Source of the DNA: Bigelowiella natans CCMP2755
Lineage: Eukaryota > Protista > Cercozoa
Length of the DNA stretch: 64,000 bases
Assembly: GCA_000320545.1 (NCBI GenBank)
Contig: ADNK01000544.1
Span: 131,569 to 195,568, forward strand
Reading direction: 5' to 3'
Shown: positions 38,242 to 52,256 of the stretch, one piece after another
Layout of the letters: each line of letters begins with the position of its first letter
How positions within the stretch are numbered: the first letter of the stretch is position 1
Translations under genes and position numbers: made by a program
The notes under the pieces: generated by a model
Told to the model about the DNA's origin: nothing
The model's input: only the letters and a program-made list of their open reading frames with translations
Databases searched by the model: none

Positions 38242-41200
38242 ATGGAGACGAAGAACACCTCAATCGACAATTTAGTCGGAAAACTGAAGACGGGGGGGAT
38301 ATCTAAGACCGAGGTACTTCGTTCAACTTTATTGTGATATATATTTCCTGAATAATGTGGAAAATGTGCTCCTCGTGATCAACCCTCTTCCCTCTTTGTA
38401 GCTGTTTTCCCAGCTCTCTGCCTTATACGAAGTGGATACGGGGAGAGGAGAGGAAGAAGAACCTACCAACGCGGCCTCTATGTCGCCGAAACAAGAGTAA
38501 GTTTTCTAAATTAACCTCAATGTAGCAACTACATAATGTGTGCAATCAAGTGCTGGGCCTTTATGACTTCTCTACCTCCACCCCATACCAGAGATAACAA
38601 GTACAATAGCTCTGAGAAGCGAAAGAAAATAGAGGATCTGCTAGAAAACTTCAAGATGGTTAGCAATGAAACACTTTATGCCTAAGGACTAACCAATAAT
38701 CATAATTTATTCTCACTGCGAACACAAGTGAGACCCTCAAAAAGAAAATATGTAAAATTAAAAATTATACATTTTGTTTCCTTCTCTGGGTTACCTTACA
38801 CAAAATGAATTGGAAATGATAGAAAGCACTGAACGTACACCCTGATTTTTTCTTTCAGTCTCTCGACAATGACGACGACGAGAATGAAGAACAAGATCCC
38901 GTTGGAGAGATGTCGCGAATGGCTGCAGTTGGAGGAGGAGCAGAAGGTTGTGATATGAGAGTACACATGTAATACACTTTTTTGTGATAATTGTGCGTTG
39001 CAATGATATTCAGAAGAACTAGATGTCGACGGTATTCAACAATCGACCGAACGTGTACTGAAAAATCTCAAGGAATCTATGAACTCGGAATTTAACTTCA
39101 ATCCGGTATGTGCGCTGATAGCATGGCAAACAGCACATCTGCCAACAAAGCATATTTAATCGCTCCTGCATAAATAAATACACAACTTGGGATTTCACAG
39201 CTTGATCACGTGACGCTATTGCCTGCCTCTTACATGTAGTACGCGGAAGACGAAACATACTCTAATGTCGAGCACCAAGAGTCAGTGGAAAGTCGCTTTC
39301 GCTACCAGAACAATGCAGCAGCGCAGGAACTTGCAAATATCCCATATTATGAACGTTTGTACCGCCCTCAATATGGCCCTCGCAGCCGAGAAGTAAGCAA
39401 AATAGTGTTATTCATTATTTAATATTCATATATCCTGATAAGGTGTAAATAAAAAGCTGCCTGTTTTCATACTTCACTCACACTAGCCAAAAACAAACCT
39501 TTAGGTGCGGATCAAACAGTTAGAAGCCATCATGCTGTCGAACGAGAAAAAAGAATGCAGCTTCAAGCCCGAAATTAAGAAGATGCCTGGCTTGCACGAT
39601 AATCGTGACGGCGGACGCATGGCGATAGTGGAGCGCCTCTATGCGTGGGAGTCGAAGAAGAAGAAAAACAAGAAGAAAAAGGGGATAGAAAGAGTGAAAA
39701 AGGAGCTTGATTCATGTTCTTTTAAACCTGAGCTGAATAAAACCTCGCTCATGCTCTCCTCCTGCGCGCGTCAAGATATCAGGAACGTATCACTTCGGTC
39801 ACAGGCGCGGGCAAAGCTAGTGGAAAGGGAGATCAGGAAACAGCAGGAAGCCGAGTTTTACGAAGAGTGCACCTTCCACCCTGTCATTAATCGAAACTCG
39901 CGGGATATGGTCTCGAGGAATCGTAGTCTTCAGTCCTACAGCCAGCGCAGCAAGAAGAATGAACAGCGCGTGTTAGAGGCGGCAATGAGAGAGTGTACGT
40001 TCATGCCAAAGACCAATCCTGTAAAAAAGTCTATGCAAGCCGCAAACCTCTACTTAGAAATGACTCCTTTTGAGCGCCTCAGCCAGCCTGCACAGAAGTA
40101 ATAACAATAACAGCATTTGCAGCTGTATGTAGACATTCGTAGTAGATGTAGAAGGAATGCGTTATATAAATGAGTAGTGTAGGATGAACAGAAGGTTCAA
40201 CTTTCTACTACTACATCACTAAACCATTACCTCGATTACATTCTTAGTCCTCTTTCTCTTTCTCCTCGTTTTATTCTTGGTAAAGGTATGCTAACAATGA
40301 GATGTGGCCGGATGAGTACGGGCAGTACCCTGACGAAGAAAGACCGGGGAGTGCTAGAGAGCACTCTCGGATATCCCTCGTTACCACAGGCATTAGCCCT
40401 AAAAGTAAAAGCTATTATGATACTCCTAGCGAGGGCTTAAATAGTGGTGATAATTATGGTCTGATGATGAAGAAGAGGGGGGAGGAGGGGGAGCACAATT
40501 ACGTTGTCTGTTAGATTATCTCATCATAATCATCACTTTTCGTCGCTTGCACTTTAACTATGGTCTAAAATACTAATTGATACATTGGCTGCTGTCTCCC
40601 TAGATATCTCTGCACCCTCCCCCTCTTTTCTGGAACGAAGTCGGCAGCACTTGGAACGTAAGCAGCGGACTGTGGAGAAGCTACTAGCTCAGGAGCAGGA
40701 AAGGCTGTACAAGCCGAAGCTCAATAAGAAATCAGTCAAAATGGCCCGGGGCAAGTTCTATGACAGGCTGGGGAAGGTACAATAATTATGCTAACATGCG
40801 ATGTAGCAATAGTACCAGAATGCTTCTTGTTTCTTGCCCTGTTTATTCTGTAGTTGCCGCTTATTACTGTGACAATTTTGTCGTTGGATAGGATGTGACG
40901 AAGCGCACCTTATCCCAGACCTTACGCGAGAAGGCCAAGGACGAAGTCTCGAAAGAGTGCACATTTAGCCCGCAGATAAATATCATGTCCAAAAATCTCA
41001 AACCAAGGAGCCGGAAGGAGATGAGTGAGGGCGATGTCGCACTCCGCTCCTCCAAGCTCGAGCTCGCTCGCATGTATGCCCGAAAGCAGGAACTCAGTAA
41101 TGTAACCTTCAAGCCTCAAAGGTGAGTCTGATATGCATGTACACATGTTGGCACTCCTTCTCAACATTTTTTTACATCGGTGCGGACAAAATGCTACTGC

Positions 41201-41617
41201 TACCTCTGATGCTGATTTTACGGCACCAAAAGGCACACAAAAAATCGTTTCTGGGACAATTATGCAAAGAGCAGAATCAAGTGCACTAGCGAACCACACA
41301 GCTACACAGAACGTGTGATGGAAATGGAAGCGCGAAAGCAGGAACACCTGGAGAGAAAGAAGGCCGAATTGGAGGAAAGGGAGCTAGGCATGTGTACGTT
41401 TAGACCTGAGACGAAGGACGCACCAGAATTTGTCAAACGCATTGGTTAGTGATGACTCCTACCACATTTTTGATAATAAATAAGTGGATAATTTTAGCTA
41501 CGTTTTATGCCTTTGCCTAATTTTTCCACAAATCGTTAATGTGCATCTACAGCCGATAGCATGAAAGCGTCCAAGAAGAATCAGAAAAAGAAGAAGATTA
41601 AGCCGGACTGGAAGTGA
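38242..41617 (+). CDS. Protist protein with repeated E-C-T-F-x-P-x-I/L-N motifs (likely cytoskeletal/centrosomal)
   Basis: ECSFKPEIK, SCSFKPELN, ECTFHPVIN, ECTFMPKTN, LYKPKLN, ECTFSPQIN, NVTFKPQ, MCTFRPETK, plus ERLY motifs; ends KKIKPDWK*. Confidence 0.8.
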
Positions 41618-41899
41618 TACTACTCCAAATGGGACATGTCTAAAGGTACGGTCAGTTTTGGACCATCATCACGTCGACATGCGAGCCAGCTTCGAAGGGA
41701 CCAGGACCGGGGAAGTGCGTGTGTGTCTTTCAAAATGGTGAGGGACACATGTGAATCTGCAAGAAGAATCAGACAATACCTAGAACACCCCTCCAGGTTA
41801 CAACAAAGACAATAGAGAAGAGGAAAGCTGTCATTAGTCTCAGTAGCAGCGGCATTTTGCACATGTAGTAAAATCTGACAGAGCTGTACGAGGCAGCCA

Positions 41900-42740
41900 T
41901 ACATCTGTGCTTCTCTTTCAGCTGTTGTTAGTCATGATGATGTGCATAAGCACATCATCGTCACAGCATGGCAGCCACGTACATGGCCACACGACGACAA
42001 TTTTATGCATGGCTACTGGTTTACAGTGGATTGCACGCAGATGTAGATGCATTGCATTAATGACGCGCACATTTCATTCAAAATTTCCTTTATATTTGCG
42101 TGCACTTTTTTGCACCATGCACCACAATCAAAATGCGTTGGATCCACACTAAACTTCGAGCTGCGTATTGCAGTGTCCTCACCATGCACTTACTTCAAGA
42201 TTCACAACTTGTACTTATAGTTGCCCAGCGGTTGTCACCAAAGCCATTTGTGCCGCGGGCTGGAATTGCCTGGGTTGGGCGACTAGTGTTAGCAGCTTGA
42301 TGACTCAAAAAGTAATTTGATTCATACGCGTCCAACCGCACGCGCGCGTTCATTTGCGCGCTTTAGCATGGTGCAACGGAACAAGCAAAGCTTGCAGCAG
42401 GCACAGGATCAGAAGAAGGCTATAGGCATGGGAGAAGAAGGAGAAGAGGAAGAAGAAGCAAGAGGTATTGAACAAGAAGAAGGTGTTAGCACAGGGCTGA
42501 AGTGCAGAGTGATGAACGAAGAGATTCCAATGGTGCATCACGTGCCCAAGCAGCCCTTAAGGGAATTGTTTCGACCAAGGTTGAGTGAAGTCGAATGAAT
42601 GAATGAAGCACAGAATCTGCATCACCAAAAGGATCACAGGGCATGCCAAGAGGGAGAAGAAGAAGAATTGATTCGAGCAAGGTTGAACAGAATCTGCATC
42701 ACCGAATGCGCCATTGCCGCATTATCATCAATGTCAACCT
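41900..42740. other. Partially TpA-depleted tail-to-tail gap containing a decayed ORF fragment and a short direct repeat
   Basis: tgca/catg-rich; ORF 42317-42598 lacks Tyr; acagaatctgcatcacc occurs at about 42610 and 42687. Confidence 0.5.
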
Positions 42741-42774
42741 GAACCGAATGTAACGTAAAACCGTTTAAAATAAA

Positions 42775-43893
42775 TTAGACTGACTTCTGTTTTGTCTCAA
42801 CAGATGAGCTGAACTTAGAGCCCTTAATTATTCGGGCCTTCGGCATTACTCCTAATGGGTTTGCCGTTGAATGCTGCTCGTACCATGCCGAGAGCTCTCC
42901 AGTTACTAATCGAAAGAACTGCCTGTACCCCCCTTTTCCACCGGGAAGTGGCAAACTCTCGTGGGGCGTCATATCTGTCAACCAATACAGATAATTGGCA
43001 CTCATTTTCTCTGGCTCCCCACACCACTCACTCAAATGCTCGCATTCTCCATGAGGTCCCACGACGCCTCGTGTTTTCTTTATCTTCGCCGGCCACACTT
43101 GGCATGAACCGGAAACGGTCGAGGCCATGTATAACCCTCCAAGAAACGTTTCTTTTCTTCCTCGAAAAAGGCCACAACCCCATCTGCTGCCGTATGCAGG
43201 CTTAAAAATGCTCTTTCCATCCGCCGAATACTCCACAAACTCACCCGGCCTGTCCGTGTGCATCCCGCCCCGCCGCTGAGGTTGGTTTGGCTGCACATAT
43301 GACTCTTGAACGGTAAGATAGACCACGTCTTCAATTCGCTTTCCAGGTCCTGTTAGGCTACAGGCCGAGATGACGGGCAGGTAGCCGTGTAAGGATTTCG
43401 GAAGTGTTTTTTCCGGGTTCCGAGGGTCAAAAGGCATCATATTGACATTGATGTCAGTGGGTTTTGGAAACTTGACCACGTTAATCAAAGCGTAAGGGAG
43501 ATCCACGTTCACCTCATTTCCCCTTCTGGATCGTAAGTGTTGGATCTTTAGCCCTGGGTGACGGAAAATGCTCTCTTTGTAGCCGGGAACGATGTAACCC
43601 TTCCAAATTATCTTCCAGATTTCACTATGGGACTTCAAGATGTGTAGCGAGCATTTCGGATCATACATTCCAGCCAGTAGCGTCCTCACCACCGGATTTA
43701 GCGCCGCTGATGCGAGGTCATCGTTTACCTCATCCGAGCTGTCTTTCTCATCTATCGGAAAAGGAGGATCGTAGTAGTCATTAGAATTGTCTCTGGGGTG
43801 CACATAATCCTCTCGATGTTGTAGGTTGAATTCCAATGCGCAAAATCCACCAACATTGAAAGGGCAAGTTTCCCTCATAGACGAAAGAAGCAT
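42775..43893 (-). CDS. PBZ-like zinc finger + 2OG-Fe(II) oxygenase-like protein, intronless over the ORF
   Basis: CPFNVGGFC...QHREDYVHP (CCHH, PBZ-like); YLTVQESYV...QRRGGMHTD (HxD)...WLTDMTPHES (distal His)...YRQFFRLV (Arg). Confidence 0.8.
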   Translation of the reverse strand: MLLSSMRETCPFNVGGFCALEFNLQHREDYVHPRDNSNDYYDPPFPIDEKDSSDEVNDDLASAALNPVVRTLLAGMYDPKCSLHILKSHSEIWKIIWKGYIVPGYKESIFRHPGLKIQHLRSRRGNEVNVDLPYALINVVKFPKPTDINVNMMPFDPRNPEKTLPKSLHGYLPVISACSLTGPGKRIEDVVYLTVQESYVQPNQPQRRGGMHTDRPGEFVEYSADGKSIFKPAYGSRWGCGLFRGRKETFLGGLYMASTVSGSCQVWPAKIKKTRGVVGPHGECEHLSEWCGEPEKMSANYLYWLTDMTPHESLPLPGGKGGYRQFFRLVTGELSAWYEQHSTANPLGVMPKARIIKGSKFSSSVETKQKSV

Positions 43894-44122
43894 CCCATTA
43901 GAGTGCTTAAGGACGCGGCAGCAGTTACCGGTACGAGTGGAAACTGATCCTCATGAAAACCAGCAGGAATTGTTGGCATTTTTGACCTGCGACATGACTG
44001 TTACCTCAAATGAACTAGTGAACTACCAAATTAGCAGTGATTTGTAAACCTGGGCGTTAGAATCTGTCCTCCCCAGCAGCTGTTTGTGTTTGCCACCGAT
44101 GTTCCTGCTAAAAACGTGCTAA

Positions 44123-45858
44123 ATGAGGCCAGGGGACGAGGATACTAAAGGCGATAAACGCTCTGACAGGTATTTGAGTCTTCGGTGTACGATCTGGGAA
44201 GTGACATGCTAAGATTGACTGCTGCTTTTTTTACGACTACCAAGTTGCTTCCGAAGTTGTGTGGCTGCCTGTAAACGACTTTGCCAAACCTGCACACTCT
44301 TCTACATCTTTGGGAAAACTCCGAAACCTTCCCGATGCCTTCTGGACGGATGGCGGGAAAGGGTGATGTGTGTGGTGAGAACCATATGCTTATAAATATA
44401 TTTAATCTCGTTTGGATAAATTGCTGTTATTATCATATATTAGGTAGCAGCGATTGTTCTTCTTGCGACATTTGGCTGGAACATTGCCTTAAATACCAGC
44501 AATCTGGAAAGATCTAGAACTTCTCCCATCGCGTCTATCAAGTACTATGAACAGTCAGAGCTGAAGAAGTAAGCTATTATCTCTCTGAATGATCAGATCG
44601 TATATAGATTTGTGAATATTGATTATGGCTACTGGTTTTATTATTTGTTTCAAGATGGGGCCTAGTTCTTTGTCAGCCTAAATATAATCTTCATGGAGGA
44701 AATCTTTGTACAATTCCGGATTACATCTTCGTTGGAGAAAATGCTACACAAGTTGGTGCCGGTCGTGAAGTTCATAAAGTCGAAGTTTCCAGTGGGTCGT
44801 ACCAATTTGCCAAATATGCTCCGATTCCCACGGTAGATGGTGAGGAAATCTTCCCAACCCTTGCACCCTATCTTAGCGTGTGCTACGATTTGGATCCATT
44901 CTACAGTTCGGAAGGGTCAGCATATGAGATGACGGCATCACGAGAGGACATCGTAGGGAAGAATGAAAATCTGATTTTTAAGTTCGGCTGGGTTAATGGT
45001 AGCCAGAATTTCGACCCGAAGGGCTTCTGCCATGTGTTATCGTTGAATGGATACGTTCGCTCATCATCTGGGAAAATAGAGACAGCAGCAAGCCGATCGG
45101 CCTTTTCGCTGCAGTCCTATACAAATATTGACGCCTGGAATAAGGCTTACACCATACGGTCGCGCATTATTGAGCATGCGAAGATAGGTGGGACAATCGA
45201 GAGATATCTTGAGATCCAGGCAATAAAACAGGGCGATATTTCCACATCGAAAGTTGTCGATAACGAGGTTGCCACAAGATACGCCAGAGACTTGTTCGTA
45301 GAAATCCATATCGAGAATCCATTGGGTATTGTGTACACAGTTCAACGAATCGAAGATAGGATTTCTTTTGGATGGAGCGATTTCCTCACAGCTACGCTAG
45401 CTTTCATCGGACTGCTTCAATCCGTCTTCTTCCTATTCTTCACGATTGGTAATGAAAGCGGGTGTGTGTGTGTGTGTGTTTGTGTGTGTGTGTTGTTCAT
45501 TTATACCAGTGTTGCCAAACAGGAATGATTTTCTTAAAGCTATCTTTGATTCGCATACAATTTGATTTTTGGTCGCGCTTCAGATCCTTACACCAAAGCG
45601 TTTTACTTCAAGCATGGAAAGCGGGCTCAGATTCTGCGAAAGAGCTTTAATGACAAATTCCCAATGCTCGGAAGCGAATGGACAAAAATGTCAAACCCTA
45701 GTCTTATGGAGAAGAAAATGGGACAAATTGTTCGTGAATCCGACACAAACGTCTCGGTTATCTTAAGGCCTCGAGTTGAAAAACGGTCACCCCCACATAG
45801 ATTGTCTGTGGAGGGAGGGGACGCATTAAGATGGAAGATTGCAACTCACAAAATATAA
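44123..45858 (+). CDS. Two-TM membrane protein with large extracellular loop, ENaC/DEG-like topology
   Basis: TM1 VAAIVLLATFGWNIAL followed by SPIASIKYYEQSELKKWGLVLCQP; pre-TM2/TM2 VQRIEDRISFGWSDFLTATLAFIGLLQSVFFLFF; four introns. Confidence 0.65.
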
Positions 45859-46495
45859 ACGATCCCCTCAGACCTATTCATCACGATGAGGTTTAGTGTA
45901 CATGGAAATGTTTGCGTGATTGCAACTGCACGGACAGCCAAAACGTCACGAGTACGCCAAGACTGAGAATGCTGACATCGGATCTCCATCTAATTTCTGC
46001 GACGAAGACACGCGAGTATACGAGAGCTCAGCAAATTACATCGAATGAGATCAGGGCAATGAGTCTACGTCGTGATGTGCAAGCTAGATCGCCGCAGTAG
46101 GCTTTATTGCGACTCTGCTGAACAGATAACATTACGTTACCTATTATAAAAATGATGATATATATGATGTTATTTACGTTGTGTATTATAGCCTAGCTGG
46201 CTGTTGCTGTGCGATGCTGCAGCACATCGCTGCACAGTCGTCACGCTAACATGCATGCGACATATGTGCGATCACGTGCTATTTTGACATTAGAGAGGCA
46301 TAAAATCAATGCTTTCGCGCTCGTCATCAGGAATAGGGACAACCCTACTACCCATCATGCCTAGGTAGCCCGGTAGTATGTATATGCGCAATATGCACCA
46401 TAGCAGAGACTATGTATGTAGCAGCAGAAATAGCCATCTATGTGTCACATATGCATTAATAGATTCATGTGATACTTGCAAAACGTGTACTACTT

Positions 46496-46852
46496 CTACG
46501 TGACTTTGACTAAAGTGCTTCTTCGTTGACTTTCGATCTCCTTACATCTTGGGCATTCCTTTTTATCTTGAATACATGTGACGAAGGAAAGGATTCAGAT
46601 AAATGGTATTTCCCAAGATCAAGGCATGGAAGTTTCCAATTTTTTGAAAACTCTCATCTCGTTATCATGGAACCTAGCTAGTACCCAACCTCATCATCCG
46701 CCAAATGCTTCGGAATAATCATCATCTCTCCGCTCATCATCATCATCATCATCATCTTCTTCTTCTTCTATGACCTGTGGTTGTTTTACTACCTAAGCAT
46801 GCCTTATGGAATATCGTAAGACACCCGGGGCACTTGCTCACTCTAGTAGTCC

Positions 46853-46889
<37 letters not shown>

Positions 46890-47274
46890 GCACACCCAAT
46901 ACTGAGGAGAAGCTACTTATTTGATGAATCTTAACTTGACATCATTCCTTACCATTGCTGCCACTTTTAGCACCAAAAAATTGTTCCTCTTCTCTCATTT
47001 CTTTATTTTCGTGGTTTCTGATTTCGTTTTCTATTCTGCTTCTCATCATGTTCTTACAACAACAACTGCTACTACTGCCACAATTTGTTATCATTATTAT
47101 TCTGATTATTACTTGGGCAGGTCAAAGGAATACACGAGTCGTGAAATCTTTGCATCTTTGCATATGCCACACACATGACCACGATTCTGGCAACTCTCTA
47201 ATTTATACAAATAACAAGGCAGTAGTAGCTGTAGGAGGTGCAGGAATAGAGGCATTGGAGATAATATGATACAA

Positions 47275-47316
<42 letters not shown>

Positions 47317-48172
47317 ACATTATGTATTAATATATTCAATAATGAGAATCTTCTATCCCCCAACCACCAGCATCTTAGATCATAACTCACCGCAGTTTTG
47401 AACGTGTGCTTCTAAGCTCTTGACCGCTTTTGCCAGCCATTTCAACAGACGTCCGTCGATTCCTATGCAACAACAACAACAATAACAACAACAACAGTAA
47501 CAACAATAACAAGCAAGAAAGGAAAATGCAACCGTTGGAGCGGGAAGAGCGTTTTGGCGCAGCATAATAATAAAGAAGGAGGCCATAGATTTACCAACAT
47601 TCCCTCTATTAGAGCAGAGTTGATGACGACTTTTATATTTAATAATTTCGTTGTGACGATGTGTTCCACATTCTTCATATTGCAGCCGATGCAAATGACG
47701 AGTGGAAGAAAGTTGACGATAAATTATTAGTCACACTTCTTTCTACTTGGTAATTTATATTATCGCTTGTTACCATGAACGAGGTCCCTCAGCGAATACA
47801 TGTATAAGAGTACACCGCCCTGTAACATTGCACCAGTATCATTGTCATATTATCATCTTCATAGCAATGAGAAACTACTGAAGAAGAGTGGACACATAAA
47901 CATGCAGATATCAATAATCATCAGTACCTCCATGAGATGTTCTCTGGCCTTGTTACCACAATCAGGATCTGCCAACGATGCTACCACTAACACACCCGCA
48001 TCACATCTACCCACGAAGTCCTGTGCGAATGGAGGATGAAATGATGGATGAAATGATGGATGAAATGATGGATGACATAATGGATGTCCGCATTTTGCGA
48101 ATATTTGTTGCAAGTAGTTGTTTCGTAGAACAAATATCCAAATAGCGTCAGCCTATCAAAGTATATATAACA

Positions 48173-48205
<33 letters not shown>

Positions 48206-48686
48206 CAATATTAATGATAACCTTTGCAAGCGCTAGTTTCCTTCGCAGCGCGTGTATCTTTTCAAATTTGCCTTTTGTGCCTGCAAACGAGTGGTGAAAT
48301 GAGATAAAGATGAGACGCATTGTGCTACCTTCTACAAAGAAGAGCTGCTGCTAATAACATCGATCGATCTATCATTCAATCAATAAATCAATCACCACCT
48401 GTTGGAAAGCCTGGTCTCAGCCTGCACATGGAGATGGTAATGACATATCATGGAAGTTAGAATAGTTATTATCATCATTTTGCATTAGTGCGTCTTAGCA
48501 ATGCAATGTGAGTTGATTAAAGAGGGAAAATCATCGGTGGTTGTGAGCGATTCATTAATGTGGCCTTAGTAGTAGATAGTGGGGTGTAAAGAACTTAAAA
48601 TCAAGATATATCAATACCATTGGCTGATAATCATGTTTTGATGTTTGCTTCTCAGGTTACTTCCACTCTCAAGTATTTTTTACAAA

Positions 48687-48727
<41 letters not shown>

Positions 48728-48876
48728 ACACCTATCCATCGAGAGGAGAGGTACGGTTGCAATTGAATCTAAATACTCTTGCGCAAACCTAGAAATATTA
48801 ATAATAGATGATTGTCATGTGTGTTGGCAGGATATACGTTCAATAGATATATGTAACGTGTACATTAGTGCCATTT

Positions 48877-48922
<46 letters not shown>

Positions 48923-49532
48923 CTCATACAATCCTAACTTCGATTAGCTAGGAAGACACGATAGATATGTTAGTGATAGTAATACGTGCAGACGAAAGAG
49001 GGGCGAGGGTTAAGGTCGTGCACGAGTCGCCACGGCATCGGTCTGTCAAATACATTTCAATAATAAGAAGTTTGGACTTGTGGGGGGGAGGCAGCTGCTG
49101 AGGAGGGTACGTTATCCATCCGATAAAAAAAAGAAATGCTGCTATGTGCCTATTCATGTCTCTATAAAAATTGGAAAATGAGAAAGAAATTCTGGCTATG
49201 TTTCCACTATTAATATAGCATAATAATCAACTCAATTTTGTTTACCTTTTCTTGTTTTGATGGCAGTTGTCGCAGTACAAGGCCCCAGTGTAGCGGCATT
49301 TGAACCATTTCGTAAACAAGCCCTTTGGCAGCTATGATTGATGATAATAATAAAGTGAGTGAATGATGATAATGATGATGATGATGATGATGATGGTGAT
49401 GATTGGAGGAAACATGCACACTACTACCAGTAGTACTACTAATACCGCATACGCTAAAAATAAAGGATGCTACTAATGAAAGGAAGATAGCAATTGTACG
49501 ATCGTCGCTGCTTTGTACATGATGGTGATAAC

Positions 49533-49568
<36 letters not shown>

Positions 49569-49875
49569 ATTTTTCGAGAGGCGGACAGAGCGTGAGAATT
49601 TGCTGTTATGGTTGTTGTTATCTACTACTACTGCTACTGCTATTACTACCTGAGCAGTACACTGCCTGCACTTGCCACCCTGCAAACGATATAATAGCTT
49701 CTGCTTGTATCTTACGTATCTGTTGGTGGGTACGATAGGTCATCAATCAATGATCAAATTAAATACTACACTATTTAGCGGTTCCTCTACAACTACCATT
49801 CATCACCGTCATCATCACCGTCGTCATCATAGGCATGATCATCACAATCGTAGTGTTATTATTAGTATTCTTAGG

Positions 49876-49906
<31 letters not shown>

Positions 49907-50279
49907 CTGACTGACTCTGGGGCTTCCGTGATGAGTGAGATCATATTGCTGGCAGGTCCTCCTAAGTCATATCAACAAACGTTCTATAAATTAACAACCC
50001 ATAGCAATTGATACGTCGACAACTCAAAAATATCGTCTATTTCTTTTTCTTCTTATTCTTGTGTTTCAAAATGCTGATGGTTCATTGATGGTGGGATTGA
50101 TGGTGCGGTCACACCAAAGTCGTTCGGGTGTGTCGTGGATGATGACGATGATGCAGAAGGATCTCCCACCACCACAAATCCTCCAGCTTTCCCTAATTGT
50201 GCATAAATGATAATGATGATAATGATAGTGATGATTATGGTTCATAGATTTCCTAGTATTTATACAAACGGTTACTACG

Positions 50280-50313
<34 letters not shown>

Positions 50314-50895
50314 TTACCATCTTGGTTCGGGTAGTTCTGGTGCTGCTGTTGTTTGCGTTGCTGGTGCTCAAAATTATGACCGTGGCCTCCTCCTATTTGA
50401 CTCTTCTTCACGTCCTCGCTATCACCACCAGCAGCAGCAGATGACGATGCAGTAGTAGCAGTCGTAGTAGTAGGAGCGATATTGCCATCACCATATTGCT
50501 CAGTAATAGTGCCATCATCAGCAGCAGGGGTCCCACCAAAATAGTCGAAGTTGATTCGACCAACAAGAGAAGAAGAGGAAGGAGAGAGCGGAGATGATAT
50601 CGCCATCTTTGATGATATTGCAGCACTGCCTGATGAGGCGAAGCTACCGTTGTGCGGCATCATCATCATCATCATCATCATCATCATTATTGTTATTGGT
50701 AGTGGTAGTAGTAGGTAGGAGAAAGCAGAGCAAACATAATAGACAAGATGATATGAGAAGACAACGATGATCACTCGAATAATATGGGATTATTACATGA
50801 TACGCTTCGATGTCATGGATGAGTAGTGGTGGAGATATGGACACGGATGATGATGGCGAGTTTGATCAGGCATGATGAAAATGGGGAATTACGTA

Positions 50896-50926
<31 letters not shown>

Positions 50927-50940
50927 TCCCACACACACAT

Positions 50941-50998
<58 letters not shown>

Positions 50999-51371
50999 TC
51001 TTTGTCGCTGCTGGGGGCAGCAGTAAGTAGCAGTGCTGTCCTCACCCTTTTCCATCGTGATAGTAACTGTACTCAGGATGAGGTGGGGGGGGAGGTGGCA
51101 AGTGTGGCGCTGCGGGTTGCAATACTCCTAATAAAAATATAACAATTACTTATTAATTAATAGTAGTTGGAAAATTGAATTAATTAACAAACAGATGACA
51201 CATCAACAACACTATTTAATTTTATCAAAAAAGTGCTAATACTGTTTGACATCACACACACATACACACACACACACACGCAACCGCATAGTCGTATATA
51301 TGTAATCATAGTCATAATTATTACCATTATCACCATCACCACCTTCACCATCATTATCTTTCTACTGTTCT

Positions 51372-51402
<31 letters not shown>

Positions 51403-52212
51403 CGCATTCTTCCTCTTCTTCTTCTTCCTCCGACTGTGAATCATCCCCGAATCGTCTCCCTTCCTCGGCCCTTGTTCCACCACCAACTCCTCCTCCTCCT
51501 CTTCTTCTTCTTCTTCGTCGTTTGCCTCCAAAACGATTATGTTGTTGGCGTTGTTGTTGTTGTTGTCGTCGTTTGATCTCTCTCTGTTCTACTATGGACG
51601 CGGCCACCGGCATCGGTATATATCTGCCGACAAAAAGGAGGAGGAGGAGGAGGAGGAGGAGGAGGAGGAGTCATAATATCACTCATCATCATATAATATT
51701 TTAAAGCATCCTCTTCACATAGCTACTATTGACAATTATCATAATCTACATAATCATTGATAATATGCAGTCGTCCCTTATTCAAGCAACAGTAGCAGAG
51801 CATCGGCAGCAGGAGGGGAAAGTATCTTACGTGTCATCATCGTTATCGTCGTCGTCGTCGTCGTCGTAAGCCTTGTGATTTTGTCCAGAGGCACCAGCAC
51901 CACCGACACCGCTTTCGTCGTCGTCACCACCACCACTGCTATCCACTGCGGTAGTAGTGTCATCATTCATCTTCTTTTTGCCCTTGACGGTATGGAAGTT
52001 GTTGTCGTCTTCATCGCCACCGGCCAAGAGATCCACGTGCCTTTGTTGTTAGAGTTGGGAAAGAGTTGGAACGGAGTAATACGCATAATATATACAAGTA
52101 AAGTGTGTGCGTGTGTGTGTGTGCGTGCGTGTGTGTGTGTGTGTGTGCGTGCGTGTGTGTGCGTGCGTGCGTGTGTGTGTGTGCGTGTGTGTGTGTGCGT
52201 GTGTGTGTGTGC

Positions 52213-52256
<44 letters not shown>

